The position numbers were made by a program, and so were the translations under genes. A stretch of DNA of 28,996 nt. Source: Rhodanobacteraceae bacterium. Lineage in GTDB: Bacteria; Pseudomonadota; Gammaproteobacteria; Xanthomonadales; Rhodanobacteraceae. The DNA lies in assembly GCA_039924705.1 (NCBI GenBank), contig JBDTAJ010000200.1, positions 1 through 28,996 of the forward strand, in the 5' to 3' direction. Position 1 is the first letter of the stretch; each line of letters opens with the position of its first letter. Positions 25,225 through 28,996 of this stretch are shown here, one piece after another. Under the pieces are notes generated by a model that saw nothing but the letters and a program-made list of their open reading frames with translations, was not told the DNA's origin and ran no database searches.

Positions 25225-25976
25225 GCGCACTCGCGGTTGCAAGACTGGATCTCAAACGCCTATTGGTGCGCCCATTCGCGTGGACGTTCGCGGCGATCGC
25301 ACTGGCGGTGCTGGCATGGACGTTCTTGCTCGATCTCAATACCTTCCTCGTGGCGCAACCGAAACTCGTCGCGAATGTTTCCGGTCCCGGTTTCACCGAT
25401 CTGGTCGCAGTCCCGCAACTGCTGGCTTACGTGCAACTGTGTGTGCTGCTGGCGCCGTTGGTGACGATGCACGCACTGGCGGGAGAGCGGCGCGCGCACA
25501 CCTTGCCGTTGCTGCTCGCGGCCGGCTTGCCGCCAACGCGGCTTGTGCTGGGAAAGTTTTTCTCCGCGCTCCTGTTCCTGTGGGTGTTGTTGATGGTGAT
25601 CGCGTTGATGCCGCTGGCGTTGGCGCACACGACCACGCCAGACTGGGGCCAATTCGCAGCAGCGCTATTCGGCTGCGCGTTGTGCGTCGCCGCATTGACC
25701 GCGATCGGGATCGCGTGTTCCGCGTTCGCTTCACATCCGGCCTTGGCCGCGGCTGGCGCGCTGCTGATCGCTTTGATCCTGGCATCGCTCGACATCGGCG
25801 CGCGCGCAAGCGGTGTCGGCATCGGCTGGCTGGCTTATCTGTCGCTGCCGACGCATCTCACGCCGTTGCTGCACGGCATCGTCGCCAGCGTCGACGTCGT
25901 GTATTTCCTGCTGCTGATCGTCGTCGCGCTGGCCCTGGCCGTGCGGCGAGTGGCGGCCGAAAAGGTGCGCGGCTGA
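25221..25976 (+). CDS. ABC-2 permease, GldF-like
   Basis: About six TM segments, TMHALAGERRAHTLPLLL, VVYFLLLIVVAL. Translationally coupled on both sides. Confidence 0.85.
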   Translation: MSALAVARLDLKRLLVRPFAWTFAAIALAVLAWTFLLDLNTFLVAQPKLVANVSGPGFTDLVAVPQLLAYVQLCVLLAPLVTMHALAGERRAHTLPLLLAAGLPPTRLVLGKFFSALLFLWVLLMVIALMPLALAHTTTPDWGQFAAALFGCALCVAALTAIGIACSAFASHPALAAAGALLIALILASLDIGARASGVGIGWLAYLSLPTHLTPLLHGIVASVDVVYFLLLIVVALALAVRRVAAEKVRG

Positions 25977-27331
25977 TGCGCGCCTGGCGGGAACGCGCCG
26001 ATGCGTGGCTGTTTGCGGCGTTGCTGATCGTCGGCGCGGCGTGCATCGCGCTGTTGTCGGCGCGTTACAGCATCATCGCCGACTGGAGCGCTGGCGCGCG
26101 CGCCAGCCTCGCGCCGGAAAGCCGCGCGATCCTGGCGCAGTTGCCGGGGCCGGTGCATGCGACGAGCTATGCGCGGCCAACTGGTGATCTCCGCGCGCAG
26201 ATCGCCGCGTTCATCGCGCGCTATCAGCGTTACAAACCGGATTTGAAACTGACCTTCGTCGATCCGGACGCCGATCCTGCACTGATGCGCAAACAAGCGA
26301 TCAGCGTCGACGGCGAAATCGTGCTGCGTTGGCACGATCGCGAGCAGCGCATCGATCAATTGGACGAGCGCAGCTTCAACGACGCGCTGGCGCGGCTGAC
26401 GCGCAGCCGCGACCGGCTGATCGCGTTCGTCACCGGCGATGGCGAACGCAATGCGAATGGTAAGGCCAATGCCGATCTCGGCGAATTCATCGCGCAGTTG
26501 TCCACGCGCGGGATTCGCGCGCTGCCGATGAATCTCGCGCAAAGCGCGGGCGTGCCGCGTAACGCGGATCTGGTGGTGCTCGCCAGCCCGCAGGCGGAGT
26601 TGGCGCCGACCGCGGTGCAAGCGTTGCGCGACTGGCTCGACCACGGCGGCAATTTATTGTGGCTGACCGAACCCGACACCGGCGAGGTGGGTCTGACCCC
26701 GCTGGCGCAGATGCTGGGCATGCGCGTGCTGCCGGGCACGCTGGTCGATGGCACGGGCGCGGCGTTCGGGCTCGGCGATCCGCGCTTGATCGTGGAGACC
26801 GTGTATCCACCGCAAGCGATCACACATGGTTTCAAATTGAACACGCTGTATCCGCAGGTTGCCGCGCTGGCCGTCGTGAGCGGCGCGGAGTGGGCGTCCG
26901 TGCCGATCCTCTCCAGCGGTGCGCAAAGCTGGAACCAGATCGCGCCAGTCGATCCGGCGCAGGCGTCGACCATCAAATACGACGCGTCGCTCGGCGAGCT
27001 GCGCGGGCCGCTGGATTTCGGACTCGCACTCACGCGCTTGTCGCCAAGCCCCGACAAGAACGAGCAGCGTGCGGTGGTGATCGGCGATGGCGATTTTCTT
27101 TCCAACAGCTTTTTGGGCAACGGCGGGAACCGCGCGCTCGGCGAGCGCGTGGTCGACTGGTTGCTCAACGACGACGCGCTGGTCGGCCTGCCGCCGCGCG
27201 GCGCGCCAGACCGCGCGTTGAAACTTACGCAACTCGATCTTGACGGAATCACCTGGGGTTTTCTGATCGCCTTGCCATTGTTGCTGCTCGCGACCGGCAT
27301 CGCGATTACATGGCGCCGGCGGCGGCGTTAG
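25976..27331 (+). CDS. GldG-like ABC auxiliary protein (GIFT/ABC_transp_aux domain)
   Basis: N-terminal TM, FVDPD, AFVTGDGER, LVVLASP, AVVIGDGDFLSN...GN, C-terminal TM ending WRRRRR. Confidence 0.85.
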   Translation: MRAWRERADAWLFAALLIVGAACIALLSARYSIIADWSAGARASLAPESRAILAQLPGPVHATSYARPTGDLRAQIAAFIARYQRYKPDLKLTFVDPDADPALMRKQAISVDGEIVLRWHDREQRIDQLDERSFNDALARLTRSRDRLIAFVTGDGERNANGKANADLGEFIAQLSTRGIRALPMNLAQSAGVPRNADLVVLASPQAELAPTAVQALRDWLDHGGNLLWLTEPDTGEVGLTPLAQMLGMRVLPGTLVDGTGAAFGLGDPRLIVETVYPPQAITHGFKLNTLYPQVAALAVVSGAEWASVPILSSGAQSWNQIAPVDPAQASTIKYDASLGELRGPLDFGLALTRLSPSPDKNEQRAVVIGDGDFLSNSFLGNGGNRALGERVVDWLLNDDALVGLPPRGAPDRALKLTQLDLDGITWGFLIALPLLLLATGIAITWRRRRR

Positions 27332-27334
27332 CGT

Positions 27335-27850
27335 ATGCGCCGGGTAGCGCGTCAACGTATCGGGTTGTTGCTGACCGTCACCGTATTGGTCGCGGTCGTG
27401 TTGTGGCTGGGGTTGCGCGACTATCACTCGTCGCCGCCGGCGTTGACCGAATTGGATGCGGACGCGATCACGCGCATCGAACTGGTGGTCGCGCAAGGCG
27501 CACCGCAAATCTTCGTCAAGCGCGACGGCCATTGGTGGCGCACCGCGCCGACTGCGATGCGCGGCAACGATGCGCGCTTGCAGCGGCTGGCGGATCTCGC
27601 CGCTACACCGGTGGCGCGCTGGGCCAAACAGGGCGAATTCGATCCAGCCAGGATCGGTTTGTCGTCACCCGCCGCCACGCTGACGCTGGATGGCATGATC
27701 TTGCGCTACGGCGCGTTATCGGCGCTGGACAACCTGCGCTACGTCGAGGTCGGCGAGAGCGTCGCGCTGGTGCCAAGACAGGACAGTCCGGAAATCGCGT
27801 TGGCGCTGAAGCCCGCGCGCAACGAACCGGACAGCACATCGTCGCGTTGA
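27335..27850 (+). CDS. Short DUF4340-like membrane-anchored periplasmic protein
   Basis: N-terminal TM, LTELDADAITRIEL, KRDGHWW, GLSSPAATLTL, RYVEVG. Usual fourth gene of Gld-type ABC modules. Confidence 0.72.
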   Translation: MRRVARQRIGLLLTVTVLVAVVLWLGLRDYHSSPPALTELDADAITRIELVVAQGAPQIFVKRDGHWWRTAPTAMRGNDARLQRLADLAATPVARWAKQGEFDPARIGLSSPAATLTLDGMILRYGALSALDNLRYVEVGESVALVPRQDSPEIALALKPARNEPDSTSSR

Positions 27851-27865
27851 CCGCGCCGCACGTTC

Positions 27866-28678
27866 ATGCCAGAACTGCCAGAAGTAGAGACCACCAAACG
27901 CGGCATCGCCCCGCACCTGCAGGGCCATGTCGTCAGGCTCGTGATCCTGCGGCGGCCCGATCTGCGCTGGCCGATTCCGCGCGCGATCCGCGATATCTTG
28001 CCGGGACAACGCATCGACGCGGTCGAACGTCGCGCCAAATATCTGCTGCTGCACACGCAAGCCGGCAGCGCATTGCTGCATTTGGGCATGTCCGGTTCGC
28101 TGCGCATCCTCGATGCGGAAATGCCGCCGCGCGCGCACGATCACTACGATCTGGTGATGAATTCAGGACGTGCGCTGCGCTTCAACGATCCGCGCCGGTT
28201 CGGTTGTCTGTTATGGCAGCAACCCGGCGAAATCCATCCGCTGCTGCGTGGTCTGGGACCGGAACCATTGTCGCAGGCGTTCGACGACGACTGGTTGTGG
28301 GGTAAATCACGCGGGCGCAGCGCCGCGGTGAAAACGTTTCTGATGGATCAGGCGATCGTGGTGGGCGTCGGCAATATCTACGCGAGCGAGTCGCTGTTCG
28401 CCGCCGGCATCCATCCCAAACGCGCGGCGGGTTCGATCTCTCGCGTACATTACGCGCGACTGGCGGAGGAAATTCGGCGCGTGCTGCTGCACGCGATCAC
28501 GCGCGGCGGCACAACGCTGCGCGATTTTCTCGCGCCCGACGGCGCTCCGGGCTACTTCGAACAGGAATTGTTCGTGTACAGCCGCGCGGGTGAACCATGC
28601 AAGGTCTGCGGCGCGCCGATCCGCGCGGCGGTGATCGGCCAACGGATGACGTATTGGTGCGCGATATGTCAGCGGTGA
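27866..28678 (+). CDS. mutM: Formamidopyrimidine-DNA glycosylase
   Basis: [31 protein letters not shown]-terminal zinc finger CKVC...CAIC. Confidence 0.97.
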   Translation: MPELPEVETTKRGIAPHLQGHVVRLVILRRPDLRWPIPRAIRDILPGQRIDAVERRAKYLLLHTQAGSALLHLGMSGSLRILDAEMPPRAHDHYDLVMNSGRALRFNDPRRFGCLLWQQPGEIHPLLRGLGPEPLSQAFDDDWLWGKSRGRSAAVKTFLMDQAIVVGVGNIYASESLFAAGIHPKRAAGSISRVHYARLAEEIRRVLLHAITRGGTTLRDFLAPDGAPGYFEQELFVYSRAGEPCKVCGAPIRAAVIGQRMTYWCAICQR

Positions 28679-28679
28679 C

Positions 28680-28996
28680 TCACGTCGCGGGCCAGTTGAA
28701 TTCGACGTGCGTATTGTTGAACTGCGGATCATCCAGCGTGCCGCCGAGCTTGGCGACCAATCCGCGCGGCACCCCTTCCACGTCCAGGGCGGTGCCGTCG
28801 GCGAAACGCATGCCCATCACCTCGAGTTCGACCAGCCGTTCGGCCAGTTCGCCGGCGCGGTCGATATCGACCGGCGGCACGCCGCGCAGGCTGATGTCAG
28901 GGCGCGCGAACTTGCGCAATCCGCGCGTGCGTACCCAGGCAACGCCGTCTTCCTCATTGCACAGGATCAACACATGACTGCGCGGCAGAGCGCCGC
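28680..28996 (-). CDS. C-terminal part of a conserved hypothetical protein (5' end outside the window)
   Basis: Open frame to the window edge: ...WVRTRGLRKFARPDISL...GGTLDDPQFNNTHVEF. Confidence 0.7.
   Translation of the reverse strand, partial: GALPRSHVLILCNEEDGVAWVRTRGLRKFARPDISLRGVPPVDIDRAGELAERLVELEVMGMRFADGTALDVEGVPRGLVAKLGGTLDDPQFNNTHVEFNWPAT

Overview
This is a GC-rich (about 64% by eye) core-chromosome window of a gammaproteobacterium. The gene order lptM-dapF-DUF484-xerC-hslV-hslU-DUF971 and the protein styles suggest Xanthomonadales/Lysobacterales, probably Rhodanobacteraceae (inference). It holds about 33 coding regions, mostly housekeeping: pirin, YecA-like, xth, prlC, cNMP-patatin, gamma-carbonic-anhydrase-like, aroE, RLAN-RimK ligase with a GNAT, lptM, dapF, DUF484, xerC, hslVU, DUF971, a SNF2 helicase, gpsA, secB, rpmB, rpmG, a delta-9 desaturase, a GldA/F/G-DUF4340 ABC module and mutM. 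I found no rRNA, tRNA, CRISPR array, prophage or transposase. I cannot claim a clearly new multi-gene system. The main unexplained signals are: (1) an ~183-bp rod-like palindrome in the dapF/DUF484 junction, ending 2 nt before the DUF484 ATG; (2) eight genes with a TAnnnT hexamer 6-7 nt before the ATG and no SD, suggesting frequent leaderless mRNAs; (3) a ParE/RelE toxin with a single +1 frameshift at CAC-CCC-G; (4) a minimal RLAN-RimK + stand-alone GNAT pair; (5) a Gld-type ABC module of unknown function; (6) an aldehyde dehydrogenase pseudogene remnant; (7) inverted heptamer arrays that supply the hslV stop codon. All family assignments come from motif recognition, not database searches.
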